Shown: positions 12,819-26,437, numbered from the stretch's first letter. The stretch: 64,000 nt of DNA from Lama glama (GCA_028534125.1 CM052818.1:23872001-23936000), one strand, 5' to 3'. Made by a program: numbers and translations. Notes: generated from the sequence alone by a model not told the origin.

Positions 12819-13390
12819 TTTGTTTTGTTTTAAAATTTTTTTATTGATTTATAATCGTTTTACAATCTTGTGTCAAATTCCAGTGTAGAGCACAATTTTT
12901 TAGTAATACATGAATATATATAGTGAGCTACCATAAGATCTTGTGTATATTTCCCTGTGCTATATACAGCATAATCTTGTTAATCTGTTCTACAGTCTTG
13001 AAATCCCGTCTATCCCTTCCCACCCTCCACCCCCTTGGCAACCACAAGTTTGTATTCTATGTCTATGAGTCTATTTCTGTTTTGTATTTATGCTTTGTCT
13101 TTATTGTTTTTGTTTTTTGCTTTTTTTTTTTTGTTTTTTAGATTCCATATATGAGTGATCTCATATGGTATTTTTCTTTCTCTTTCTGGCTTATTTCACT
13201 TAGAATGACATTCTCCAGGTGCATCCATGTTGCTGCAAATGGTGTTATGTTGTCGTTTTTTATGGTTGAGTAGTATTCCATTGTATAAATATACCACAAC
13301 TTTATCCAGTCATCCGTTGATGGACATTTAGGCTCTTTCCATGTCTTGGCTATTGTAAATAGTGCTGCTATGAACATTGGGGTGCAGGTG
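12819..13390 (-). mobile_element. Young 5'-truncated L1 with TSD
   Basis: 12-bp TSD acaagactctgt at 12807-12818 and 13391-13402. ORF 13138-13377 'MFIAALFTIAKTWKEPKCPSTDDWIK' is the L1 ORF2 C-terminus. Confidence 0.93.
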
Positions 13391-13492
13391 ACAAGACTCT
13401 GTCTTGATGTCTGATGAAAATACTTGATATTCTTTAAAAAAAAATCTTCCCCAAATTGAATCCTAGATTAAAGAGGCTCAAAGCTGGAAGGC

Positions 13493-13632
13493 AGGGAGAA
13501 GGGGGGCATATAGCTTAGGAGCAGAGTGCATGCTTAGCATGCATGAGGTCCTGAGTTCAATCCTTAGTACCTCCATTAAAGTAAACAAATAAACCTTATT
13601 ACCTACCCCCGCAAAAAAGAAAAAAAAATTTT
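13493..13632 (+). mobile_element. tRNA-derived camelid SINE (Vic-1-like)
   Basis: 'tatagcttaggagcagagtgcatgcttagcatgcatgaggtcctgagttcaatccttagtacctcc' plus A tail. Imperfect TSD aagaggctcaaa/aagaaggctcaaa. Confidence 0.85.
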
Positions 13633-13914
13633 AAGAAGGCTCAAAACCTCCTTTTCTCCTTGCTAATGTATGGCAATAAGTGAACTTAGAGTGTAGGGTA
13701 TAAAAGCATGCAAGGGATAAAATAAGGTAAAGAAAAAAAATTTACATGTTGTCCCTTAATATAATTATCTCAGAATACATGAGAGTCTCCAGATTTATTT
13801 TGTCCTTGTCCCTCCTTTTTTCATGTTATAGGTTGGTGTCAGTATGTGAAAAGATATATTTTAAATGGCATATATAGAAAGTGGGAACAGAATATAAGAC
13901 AAGTATAGCATGGG

Positions 13915-14040
13915 AGAAACCGCGAGCCAGCGGAACCACGTGAGAGCCAACATGCAGCGTTGCTGGACTGGCGCCGTGTCACGTGAAGGGCCACCACAGG
14001 CAGTGGCTCAGCTGAGGAAGTCAGGAGGATCTATAATTAA
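13915..14040. promoter_or_regulatory. CpG-retaining micro-island with two CACGTG E-boxes (candidate enhancer/promoter)
   Basis: 8 CpGs in ~70 bp. CACGTG at 13937-13942 and 13980-13985, followed by GGAAGT and a TATAAT-like motif. Confidence 0.4.
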
Positions 14041-14484
14041 ACCAAAGCAAACTTCAAGTGTTCTATTCCGGGGCTAACTTTTCAAAATACCATATTTTCT
14101 GCATAAGCCATCAAGATTTTGGCTGGATTTAGTAAGTGACCATTTTGCCAGAATTTCCTCCCACACACTGTGCTTCTTCTCAGAGGAGAATATAGTATTT
14201 TCATGGTATTTATGGTTCCGCTCAAGCATAAATCTCCCTAGCCGGAATATGATAAAACTGTTTGAAGTGAAAGTAAGGACACTTAATTCTCTCTTATCAG
14301 GAAAGGGCTTAACTCTCTTCCCGATTACCTCTTCCCCCCAAAATCACTCACTGTATTAAATGCATCCTATTTCATGAGTTATTAAAAATCAAAGAGGCCT
14401 GGGACTCAAAACTGTTCTATGACAGTGTATTTCCAGGGCTATTATAAAACACAACTAACTTTAAATTTAACAACATACAGATTT

Positions 14485-14652
14485 TTTAAATGTTTCTTCT
14501 GTATAGCACAGGGAACTATGTTCAATGTCTTGTAATAACCTTTAATTAAAAAATATGAAAACAAGGATATATATGTATATGCATGACTGGGACATTGTGC
14601 TGTACACCAGAAATTGATACATTGTAACTGATGACTTCAATTTTTAAAAAAT
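14485..14652 (+). mobile_element. Short young L1 3' end
   Basis: 'ttctgtatagcacagggaactatgttcaat...gctgtacaccagaaattgatacattgtaactga'. Confidence 0.85.
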
Positions 14653-14669
14653 TAAATTTCAGTGATAAA

Positions 14670-15230
14670 AAATGAACAAACATTGAAGTGACTACTTTTT
14701 GTCAGGCACTGTAGAGCTACAAAGTAAACAAATGAGACAGAGAATCCATTCTTAAGGACTGATAGTTTTGTAGGATATTAAAGCTACTGACGGAATTCTG
14801 GAATTAGATTAGATGTCATTGAAGCCTGTTCCTTTAACAGATATGTATTGAGTGCCTAGGAAAGTTCTATGTGCTGAGGGGGCTTCCAAATACCTTCTGC
14901 CCATATCAGAAATTCAGGTGGGGCAAGGTAAACAATAAAGAAAATAAATAATATTACAGAGAGAATGGTAAGCAGGAAAGAATATAGAAGTTAGGGTTGA
15001 GACTTTGCAATTTTATGAGGGGTGGCCAAGGAAGGTCTCCTTGATAAGATCACATCTATGTAATGTCCTGAAGCAGGTGAAGGAGTGACAGGTGGGTATC
15101 TTGGAACAGGGTATTCCAGGGAAATGGAAGAGGAGGCGGAAAGGCTCTGAGATGGGGGAGAATGGCTGCTTATGTTTAAAAGACTGCAAGCCAGCCAACC
15201 TGGCAGGAGCGGAACGGGCAAGGTGGCGGC
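14670..15230 (-). mobile_element. L2 LINE fragments
   Basis: 'aacagatatgtattgagtgcct...ggccaaggaaggtctcc...gaaggagtgacagg...gtattccaggg...aaaggctctgagatggg'. Confidence 0.75.
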
Positions 15231-15336
15231 AGGAGTGGCGCTTCCCACCATTAAGACCGTGACTTGCCAAACTGTGACTTTGAAGCCCTCTCTTAGGATA
15301 CATCATCTTACAGATGACTCAGCATTTTTCTTTCTC

Positions 15337-15836
15337 NNNNNNNNNNNNNNNNNNNNNNNNNNNNNNNNNNNNNNNNNNNNNNNNNNNNNNNNNNNNNNNN
15401 NNNNNNNNNNNNNNNNNNNNNNNNNNNNNNNNNNNNNNNNNNNNNNNNNNNNNNNNNNNNNNNNNNNNNNNNNNNNNNNNNNNNNNNNNNNNNNNNNNNN
15501 NNNNNNNNNNNNNNNNNNNNNNNNNNNNNNNNNNNNNNNNNNNNNNNNNNNNNNNNNNNNNNNNNNNNNNNNNNNNNNNNNNNNNNNNNNNNNNNNNNNN
15601 NNNNNNNNNNNNNNNNNNNNNNNNNNNNNNNNNNNNNNNNNNNNNNNNNNNNNNNNNNNNNNNNNNNNNNNNNNNNNNNNNNNNNNNNNNNNNNNNNNNN
15701 NNNNNNNNNNNNNNNNNNNNNNNNNNNNNNNNNNNNNNNNNNNNNNNNNNNNNNNNNNNNNNNNNNNNNNNNNNNNNNNNNNNNNNNNNNNNNNNNNNNN
15801 NNNNNNNNNNNNNNNNNNNNNNNNNNNNNNNNNNNN
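15337..15836. other. Assembly gap (500 N)
   Basis: Run of N. The round number suggests a placeholder gap size. Confidence 0.99.
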
Positions 15837-16492
15837 AAAAATAATGGGATCTAATCAAACTTAAAAGCTTTTGCACAGAAAAGGAAACCATCAACAATAA
15901 GAAAAGACAACTTATGCAATAGGAGAAATTGCCCATTAGGAGTCAATCGGCTAAAGAAGATGTGGTGTATGTACACAATGGAATATTACTCAGCCATAAA
16001 AAGCATGAAATATTGCCATTTGCAGCAATATGAATGGACCTAAGGAATATTATACTTAGTGAAGTAAGTCAGAGAAAGACAAATACTATATGATATCACT
16101 TATATGTGAAATCCAAAAATAAAACAAATGTGTGTGTATATATACATATATATAAATAAATATATATAAATGTGTGTGTGTGTATGTGTGTGTGTGTGTG
16201 TGTGTATGTTTGTATATATATACAAAACAGAAACAGACAGACATAGAAAACAAATTTATGGTTACCAAATGGAAGAAGGAAGGACGGACAAATTAGGAAT
16301 ATGGAATTAACAGATATACACTACTGTACATAAGCAACAAAGGGTCACTGTCTGGCACAGAGAACTATATTCAATATCTTGTAGAAACCTACCATGGGCT
16401 ATTATCTGGAGAAAAATAACCAAATCACTTTGCTGTGCACCTGAAACTAACACAGTATTACAAATCAATTATACTTCAATTAAAAAAAAATC
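15837..16492 (+). mobile_element. L1 ORF2-end and 3' UTR with an internal deletion and a (TA)/(TG) microsatellite
   Basis: 'gggatctaatcaaacttaaaagcttttgcacag' jumps at ~15928 directly to 'tgcccatt...aagaagatgtggtg'. Poly-A at ~16481-16490. Confidence 0.85.
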
Positions 16493-19400
16493 TAAAAGAA
16501 TCAGCAAAACATTAACAGGGGTTGTGCTTGAATCATAGGATAATAGGTATAATTTTCTTCTTTCTACTTTTATTCAATAATTTAAGTATTTTTACTTTTA
16601 ATATAAAATAAAAAGAATTCTGTATGACTTCAAACTTTTCTTATAATTTACACGTTTTCTTCACTTATTTTTATTTGTTTTCTTTGTGCTCTCAAATTAT
16701 CATTCTTTAAAAACTGGTGGGAATAAATTATATTTTAAAAACACAAAATTTTAATATGTATATAATTCAGGATAAAAGTAGGGGATTTTACACTACGGGA
16801 AAAATGGGTGTAAAAAGTGACTTTCTTTGGCTTCCTCCTTCTATATTTTTTAAAAGAATTTGTCAGTGTTCTAAGAATTGATTTTAGATGCAGTAACATT
16901 CATGAAACACATAAATAGTCGAGTGGTTGTGTGGGAAAACAGTAATAAAATGAATCAGATTGGATTTACATGTGAGTATGTAAGTCTTGGCATTGAATAG
17001 ACTGATTTTGTCTTCCAACATAATTCATATTATTTCCCATTTGATGTTAGTGTAGATTTGAAGAACATTACTTTTGATGTGCTTGTTCAAGGTAATAAAA
17101 ATATTGACTAAGAAAGGGTTCTTGCATTTCCATGAGATTTTCTTTCAGGTGTACGTTCAAATTTGTCATCGGTTGATCTTTTGGTCAGTCAATTGTTAAT
17201 ATTTCTAAGTGTTCAATCATTGACCCCATGTGCATTTTCTAGCTGTTATAGCATTATTGTGTCCTGTGTGTTTATAATATTTTACTAGGAGAGTTTTTAA
17301 TGTATATCTTAAATAGCATGTTTTATCTGGTAAAAGTTATATGACAGGAACAAATTTAGAAGTATCAAAAAAAGAATGGGAAGAAATATCTTTTATCTTA
17401 CTTGATCCAGGGAAGTGAATATTTGAGTTGAGTCTTGAAGATTGGGTGGTTTTAGGTTAAGAAGAAATAAAGGAGTGAGCATTTCAGAAAGAAGAATGCA
17501 TCGGCAAATTTGAGACAGTAGAATACAAGTCATATTTAGGAAATTTCAGTTTATATGAGGAAAATTAGCTATATGATTTTCATAAAATCAGTTAGTAAAT
17601 ACACAGCTTGTCTTGGAATTCTTTGCCTTATATATAAACCCATATATTTCCCCTTTGCTATGCTTCCTCCCCTCTGTTGATTCTTTAGAAGAAAGGAGGT
17701 GCTCAACCAACATGGCACTTAGGGGCATTACTCTGGGTATGTTATGCAGAATGGATTGTGAGAGAAAGTCCCTAAAGAATTCTGGCAATGGTTCACACAG
17801 GAAGTAGCTTTTAGCCATTTATTTGAACACCACCTGTCCTCTCTACCAAGATATTATTATTAAGATCCATAGGCCTCTTCCTCATTTATCCATCTTTATT
17901 TAGCTATTCAGACAAGTGTAAATTTTTCTGTGTTTATATGATGTCTCTAGCAATGTGGATATTCTATAATGTCGAAAAGCCCTTTTAAAACCTGTCAATT
18001 AAGATTTGGAAATCAATCTAGTCTCTGGATAAAGGAATAATCTTTGAACTGGGGGCACTTAGCCTAGGCTTCCTAATGATTAAGATTAAACTGCTGTCTT
18101 GAATACAGCCACCCTCCTTTGGTCATCCACAGCTCCAAAGAGTGTTCTGTAATTCATTCATCTGACTGAAAATATCTCACAGGGAAGCTTTGTTAGCTCT
18201 TCGACCTCATTATACACTAGAATCTTTTGTTAAAAAAAGAAGTTGTATTTGAGGATGAAAGTTCTGAAAAATATTCTTGGTTAACAAAAAGCGTAAGGGG
18301 AAACATAAGTATTGAGAAGAATATAGAAAATCTTGTATTCAACACCTTCTAACATGCAAAACTAGATGAGAAAAATCATTTTATTCATTTATTACATTTT
18401 GTTCTAATTTTCCTCTTTTAATTAAATGGAGATAACAATTTCTATGCTTACATCAGAGATTTGTACACGTGTCCTAAAGTGTTTAAACAGCTCTGCAAAT
18501 ATTGTTGAAGTATTGACTTAACAAGCAATGTTATTGTGAGATAAGAAACTCATACAGAGCTCACCTTACATTTAAAGTTATGGACTTGTTCAACCTCTCT
18601 TTGTTCCCCCAAAATGGCATTGCTTCTCCTACAAAGATACTGTTTTGAAGCACATTATCAACTAAGGTGAGTAGGGTACTCAGAAGAGTCAGGCTGGATA
18701 AGGGTTCAGGAATAGTTAAATAAAAAAGTTCCTTAAATCTGAGTTTTTAAGCTTTTGAGCTTTCTAATAAAATGCTGGTTTATTACTGTTGGCTATCTTG
18801 GCTCTTCTGTTTACAGCTTTCTGTAAAGCTGTCTAAGAGAAAGCACGCTCTAAAATTGAATTTTCATTTTCTGAAAGGAATAAAAAATATACATTATCTC
18901 TAGCATAGGAAAAGGTAAAATCTAAGCAGAATAAACCCTCCTCTAATTTAAGAAACAAAATAAATAAAATCGGCCTTTCCTATAAACTTCTTTTCTTGAG
19001 TTAAAATGCTGTTTGTTAGAGAATGATGCTGTAATTTAAACACCTTATTTAAAACACAGATTCAGGGTCATTTGAAACTAAAATCAATGCAGCGTACTTT
19101 TGGCATCTGACTAACTTCCATATGATTTGGGTGTCCGTTTTGTTACTTGATCCTTTTGTAACACTGTTCTGTATGTATGCCTGCCTCACTTTTTCCTATT
19201 TCATGATGAAAGTTTTTTAATAGAGGGAACTTGGCAGAATTTTCTCTGTTAAAATAACCAATTTCTTTGCATATAGTGCTGTTGTAAAACAACAGATTGC
19301 AATGGTAGTGAAATGACTAACTTGTACACTGGAGAGAGTCCTAGAATGTTCTAGGTGAAATCATAGCCAGGTGTTTTAAGCTCATTGTAATCCTATGATG

Positions 19401-19885
19401 AGTTCCAGGAAAAGAGGCAGAGTGAAGTGTATCTGATTTTTGTGAGCAGTCTAGGATTTATAGTTTCCCACACCATAAATAGTAGAAATGATTTATATAG
19501 CGTGGATTTAACTGATCACTCTCAATACAACAACTACTTAAAAAAAATCTGTTATAACTAATAAGCAAATTGAGTAATGTTTAGACTACGTATTTTTTCT
19601 AATTTCTGTGGTCAAATATGGGTTTTATTTCCCTAGTCCCCGCAGTGTGTGGTTACATAGATGCATCCTGCAGAATGGGGTAAGTCTGGGGAGCCAGTCT
19701 CTTGTGATTGGGAGTACTAATTGACTGGAGAAGAACAGGAATTTAATAGTACAAGATTCCACACACAGACTTCAAACTAAATGAAATAAGAATTAGTATA
19801 TAAATCCAAAAAATTAAAACATTGATCTTAATTAAATTCTACAGTTCTGTCGTGTGTTTTTATAACTTAACCAAGTATTGATTTT

Positions 19886-20213
19886 TTTAAATTTATTTTT
19901 GTTGTGATAACACTGGTTTATAATATCATTTTTTTTGTACAATATTGTATTTCTACTTCTGTATACACTACCGAGTGCTCACCACTGAAAAGTTTAGTTT
20001 CCATCCGTCACCATACAGATGATCCCCTTTACCCACTCTGCCCTCCCCGTCTTCCTCTCCCCTCTGATAACCACTAGTCTATTCTCTGTACTTATGTGTC
20101 TGTTTTTGTTGGTTTGGTTTGCTCATCAATTTTGTCTTTTTGTTTGCTTGCTTTTTATATTCCATATATGATTGAAATCATACAGTATTTGTCTTTCTCA
20201 ATCTGACTTACTT
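19886..20213 (-). mobile_element. L1 3' end with TSD
   Basis: TSD ccaagt(a/g)ttgatttt at 19871-19885 and 20214-20228 around antisense L1 3' UTR. Confidence 0.85.
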
Positions 20214-20844
20214 CCAAGTGTTGATTTTAAATTCACAAATGTATACAAACCACCTAGTAAATCAAGGGGAACTGCTGTTAAAGGCCATGAAGCAGTAGCT
20301 AATTTACAGGTTATTAAATTCAGTCAGTAGAACAACAAGCATTTAGTGTGCACCACCAGGTCGCAGAACACTACAGTCAATGCTAGGATTTATAAGTGTT
20401 TCCACACACACCAAGAGAAAGCTCTCTCTGGTCCTTCTCAGCAACAGAAAGACCGTCATACAATTATCTTAGGCACTCTAATTCTCATTCTCAGTCACTA
20501 GCTCAACAGAAGCAAAATCCACTGATCTGATCATTTAATCTTGTCTATGACTCTAAAACTTAATAGCCCAAAATTATCTGAGACTTCAAAAAATTAAGCT
20601 GTAGGAAGTATCTCATGCGGCATTAATAGGTGACACACATACACACGTATCTTTGAGTTGCATGGGGGAAACTGGTCTACATTTAGGAGTTTTCTAGTTC
20701 CTCTTTTCCCTTAAATGTTGGTTTTATGCTTCTAAGGACTGATATGTGTTACACTTATACCTCAACTTACAAGTATTGTGCCTCCTCCTCCAATTTCTTC
20801 TCCTTTAACCAATGGATGGTTTTTCTCAGCAGATTCCTATACTA

Positions 20845-21050
20845 ATACGGTGTGTAAGACCATTAGCGCTTAGCTAGGAAGCTTGGGTTTGAACTCTTTA
20901 TCCACCAATTACTAACTATGCAACAGACAACATATTTAACCACCCTATGCATTGGCTTTCTCAGGGTCCTTATACAGATTAAATTGTTCAATACTTGTAA
21001 ATGGTCAGGAGTGTCTGATACAAAATGATACACTTCATGTTATTATTATC
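20845..21050 (+). mobile_element. MIR SINE
   Basis: 'cttgggtttgaactcttatccaccaattactaactatg...agattaaat...gtgtctgatacaaaatga...tattattatc'. Confidence 0.7.
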
Positions 21051-24000
21051 ATTATTTCTATCATGAGCAAAGATATATATGTAGATTATCAGTTGGGAAC
21101 CTTTCTATCTGCTCAGTTTCTCAGGGAAATATATTTCAGGAAGCTAATAGTTTCAGAAGTAACACAGGCATATTCTAACCTGTAAGTCCTGATGTCTTGG
21201 CTCCAGGAGTCGGAAAAGAATTTATCTCTAATTAATGGTCAAAGGCAGAGACAGGAATGTGACACAGAATGGTTGTGGGGGTAGTGGTTTGATAGGAGAC
21301 CAGAGAGTTTACTGGCACTTGCTGCGGATGCTGGAAGGTGAATTCATACAACTTTGTTGGAAAGAAGTGTGGGATGGCATTGCCTTTAGACAAACAGTGT
21401 GGTCACGGGTGGACAAGTGAACTTCAGCACCTGGGAGTGGCAGACTCCAAGGTCTGAGATGAGAAAGGTGGGCTTGAGGAAGAATAATGGCAAACCTGGG
21501 CCATATGGCAATGCAGGTCTTCAGGGATTGGAAATAGACTTGGATCTGAGATAAGAAGTGCCTATTCTCTTTCAAAGGGACAATTGCCCAGATCCAGTGA
21601 CTTGGCAACAGGTCTGTGCGTGAACAGCAGTTAAGTCACTTGACCCTGCAGTGAAGGGCACCAAAGCAGAGGTTCTTTCCATGACCAAGACTCTAAATTG
21701 TCATGGGGCCACGAGTAGCCTGTGGGGACAGGCAGCTGACCTCGGTATAGGTGATGGTGAGAGGCTGTTAGTAAATTAACAAAAGGGTGAATTCTTTCAA
21801 TTCTTTCACTTCATGATATTCAGCATTTCTCATATGTTTTATGTTAACTATTTGCTGCACCTTGAAGCCCAGTATAAACCCAGGGGGCCTGACATGCTCA
21901 CTGCCAAGCACAGCCACAGTGGAGCCATGTAGCTGACTCTGTCCCCACCGTCGGTAGCATCGCTCATATTCATTTCTTTTCTCAGGTAGAAACCTTAGGG
22001 TTTGGTTCACACTGACCAGCACCTTCCTAGAACCTCCTTCAACAGCCCTGTCCACCCCCTCCCTTCTCTTCTTCCATGTGTCCCACAGGAGAGCTGTCCA
22101 CATGTTCTGCGGTCGGGATCTCCCAGATTCCTTCCATGAAACCCCTCACTGATGAATAAGAAAGTGCTCTCCACTTGGCAGATACTCTTTCTCTAGGCCA
22201 GGATATTTCTGCTTTGATGTAGCTTCAGAGAGAGTGATGAAAAGTGGCATAAATTAAGCCCCATCTCCTTTTCACATACACTAAACAAGCTGAATGAGAA
22301 AACATCCTGATTATTTTAATAAGCATTAATTTAAAATTTTAAAAGGGAGAATTCTGTACAATTCAACAAGTAAATGTTTTTAAAAGAGCAGAAAAGAGCA
22401 GCCAAAACCTCAGAAGTATCTAACTCCCACCCCCCATCCTGCCCCGTGTATGAAAAGCCCCCAAAACAGGTGAAGTAAATTGCTGATGGGCTTTTTTGTT
22501 TTACTACAAAAGTGTTTGGATGCAAAGGATACTCTTATTTATAAGTGGTTGTCCCAAATACCCATTGAATTGCTGTTTTACCCTTTTCCTAAAAATAATT
22601 CATCGTTACTGTCTGTGTTCAAATGTATCTTGACTCAAAAAACCATGAAAACAATCTCAAATGACTAACGTTTCTACAGAGATGAGTATGTCTAGGAGCA
22701 CTTATCCCCCAAGCCTCAGTTCTTTCTGAAATATTATTCCCCAAAAAACAGAAGTCCTGATGCAAATGTTCCCATTACAAAGAGCGTCTCTGCCACTCAG
22801 GCCGGACGTGGCTAAGAGAGAAGGAAGAGACTCTTTCGTCTGTTTCCAAAAGGGGGCTCTAGACAGCTATTTCCAGTTGCATTGTCTTAAGACAAGTCTA
22901 AATCGCGATGTGAAAAAATCAGCCTATCACTGTGCTAAGACTTTGAATAAGATTATTATAGTTTTTGGCAATGTTCTGGTTACAAAGTCCCATCAGCTTT
23001 GATGGTCTGCCTCCATCCTCTTTTCCTTCACAATCTCTGACTTTTCTGAGCTGAGGGTTCTCAGAATTGCATGTACGGCATCGGAGCAGGAATCCTGCTG
23101 CTCTGAGCTGCGCATCCTGCCACTAAGTGGGGGAGAAACACTGAGGCTTGGAGGGAGTGTTCATACTGCAAAGTATCATGGTAAGTTTCAGGGGCACAAT
23201 TTAATAATGTTTAGTTTTACTCAGTGAGACATTTACAGTGGCAACACAACAATCACCCATTTTCACAGCAACCAGTTCTTTGCATATTTGAATGCATGGC
23301 CCTGTTACAGAAAGAACTTTTTTGTAATGAAAATATTTCAATTGCTTCTGAGCATAAGGATGGGAACTAGGCCTCATCAATTAAGTATTCCATATTTCCT
23401 TTTCTTCTAACCATTGTCTAAATGTGAAATTTAAAATAACTTACAGTGTATAAAATCTGAGCATAAAATGTGGCCAAGAAACAGGAAGGATTCTGGTAAA
23501 ACCAATCATGTTATTCATCTGGACACATTTTCTTAAGGAGTACAGACAAAAAGAGAAAATGAAGTTAGTAATTACTCCTTCCATTAGGTTCATGGTGACC
23601 TTATGCCAATTCTCCTATAATTCTGAGTCAAAAGACATATTCCGCAGCCCACGGTATACAGCAATAATTACAGAAGTAATTCAGGAAGAAAAAAAAATAG
23701 CCTCAAGTTGTTGATTCCAGCTGTTCTCCCAAAATGAATCAGAAATTAAGCACTTCAGACCTTTCTTAACAAAAGCTTTACAGTTAAATGGGGATTGATG
23801 ATAAAGGCTACCAGCTTACAGAGAAGGCTTTCTGAGATAAAGACCTAACCAGCGCAGAAATGCACATTTGAAGAAGAAAATTAACCAACTGTAATAATAA
23901 TTACAACCATGCAATTTTTTTCTTTTAATTTTTGACAATAGGCCTGCCTCACAGATGGAGAATTTCTTTTTTTTTCTTAAACGTAAATTTTGGCAAATCT

Positions 24001-24119
24001 GACGCATGACGTTTGTATGCAGGCATATGTCAACCCATGGAGGCAACAACGATGCAGTGATTCATGAGACTGGCAATTTAGGAAGTCGCCATCTTTCAGA
24101 AATCTGGATGGATTTAGAA

Positions 24120-24320
24120 GTATAGGAGTATGGAAGTTAAGTAGAGGGTCTCCAATTAGACAAACTGAAGTTGAATTCCGCCTCTCTTGTTTATTGTGTA
24201 ACTTTGAACATATAACCTCATTGAGCCTAAACTTCCTCAGTTACAACAAAAGTATGAAACTCATGGTTGTGTTTTAACATCGGATTTAATGTTTCCTGTA
24301 AAGCCACTAGAGCTCAGCAA
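24120..24320 (+). mobile_element. MIR SINE
   Basis: 'agacaaactgaagttgaattccgcctct...tgtgtaactttgaac...aacctcattgagcctaaacttcctca'. Confidence 0.65.
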
Positions 24321-25611
24321 ATTTCAGATCTGGATGGAGATCAGGATAATCTGTTAACTGGATACTTACAGACAGAGAATAAGGAGACTAGTAAATGGTA
24401 TAATTTTAAGTAATTTCCAACTTCCTTGCTTCCAATTTCTTAAAAGCTCCTAAGTAATGGTAAGAACCTTTATAAAGACTTTTTGAGTCTGCTCAAAATC
24501 TGAATGAACAAATGAAGACTCCTTTTCGGCTGTAATGTAAAAAGTCACATGACTCTATGGTTCTCACCGTAATAATGAGAATAAGATAGATAAGCCAAAA
24601 ACTCACGGTATTTTTAAACCAGAAAGCTGAGGAAACAAAGAAAACTAAATGAACTAAATTACAGAAAGTGATGAGTGTTTCCCAAGAAAGAAGAAGTCCA
24701 AGCCTGCTTTTCTTTATGCAGAGCGGTGAGAAAAAGGAAATCCACCACAGATGACTGTGAGGAGGAATCAGTCAAGTTTTTAATGGCCATGTGTGGACAT
24801 GCATGGTGGATCAGTATCCCAAGGAGCCCTGAGCACAGAACCCCTTTGCATCCACTTGTCAAGGCTTTCCTCTGAGCTGTCTAAGAGTGCAATGGGCTCG
24901 AGTGTCTAAATATGGGCTTAGGGCAAGATGGCTGAGAGAGAGCCCCACTGAGGTTCATGAGAGCTTCACCAACTGCAAGACACTGACACTGCTTAAGGAG
25001 GGGTTAGGGTGGGAGAACAGATTTCCTTCTGGTGGTTCTTGGGAGGACAGATGTAACCAATATAATTGTCCCTAAGAAACGCTAAAGAGTCACCAAGTAG
25101 AAGGCAGATAGTGCCAAATGCTGGGTGTAGATATTGGGCACTGAGAGAAAGCTCCCAAGGCACCCCAGGTCCACCTCAAGTGCTCTGCAGCAAACATCCA
25201 AAGGCTAGGGTTGGGGCATCAGGGAAGACAGGGATCTTCTGCAGTGTAGAAAAGTGGTGTTGCAATGGAAGAGCAGAGATCACCCATGTCCCCTTCAGCT
25301 GGACAGCAGGGAATAAAGCAGCAGTAGATCTAATTCTTATAAAGCTGGTAACTGAGCTGTTCTAGAAAGATCTGTGGGGTCTTGAGACTGGGAGACAAGA
25401 AATGTGCTTGCTTCCACCACATCTATTACAGTTTTATTGGAAATCCTAACCAGGAAGAAGAAATGAAAGGCATAAAATTTAAAAAGGAAGAAGTATACGT
25501 GTTGTTATTCACAGGTAACCTGATTGTTACGTAGAACACCCTATGAATCCTGAAAACAAACTGACACAAAAACAGAACTAAGAACTAGTAACAGAATTAC
25601 AAAAGTCAAAG

Positions 25612-26008
25612 GCACTAACTTGCTGCACCTGGGTGGTACTGGCTTACAAGAGCTGATTTTTTTTTTTAATTTTCAAGAATTTCATTGTAAAGTATAGAAA
25701 TTAGTAAAAATTAAACTTATAATTAAATAAATTATATGAAAAGCAAAGGATATACTCAGAAATGATCACTTCTCAATATTTTAATACATTTTAATAATAT
25801 CTATGGTTTGAAGATACTTACATCGACTCTATGTGTATGATAGAAATGCCATAGAAGGACGTGCTACTGTCCAATTCACCGTTCAGTGGCATACACTGGT
25901 AGCTTGAAATCTGTCATGGTGTTTATACTGCGAAAATCAGCAAACACTGCAAACTAGAGCTCTTTTTCAGTCAAAGAGCTAGTTACTAGACATTTACCAG
26001 GATAAACA
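25612..26008 (+). mobile_element. MER63-type hAT-Blackjack element
   Basis: 'gtactggcttacaagagctgatt...ttaaataaattatatgaaaagcaaagg...ggtagcttgaaatctgtcatggtg...acatttaccag'. Confidence 0.75.
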
Positions 26009-26437
26009 CAGGATATTAAACTAATTATGTTTCTACATTCTAGAGATAAATAATTAAAAATGTATTTTTTTACCTAAAATTTCAAATGCCTAGATATAAA
26101 ATGTGAAATACATGCAAAGTACCTGTAATAGAGATAGAACATAGAAATATGAAATATAAAAATTCTGAGATAAATTAAAGTAGATCTAAATATATGGACT
26201 TATGGATTGTACATGGATTACTGTGACTCAATATTGTTGGGATTTCTTTTACCCCCAAGTTGATGTATGGATTCAGTACTCTCTCAATCAAAATCCCAGA
26301 TGTTCCTTTAAAGATACTGACGTCTTTTATTCTAAAATTTATACTAAAATGCAAAATCCTAAAAAAATAAAAAATTACAAAAGGATAAAAAAAAAAGCTG
26401 GAGGATTTACACTAAGTGATTTGAAGGTCATATAAAG

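Noticed and set aside
15172..15936. ORFs of 176-230 aa
   Set aside because: They are open only because they run through the 500-N gap.
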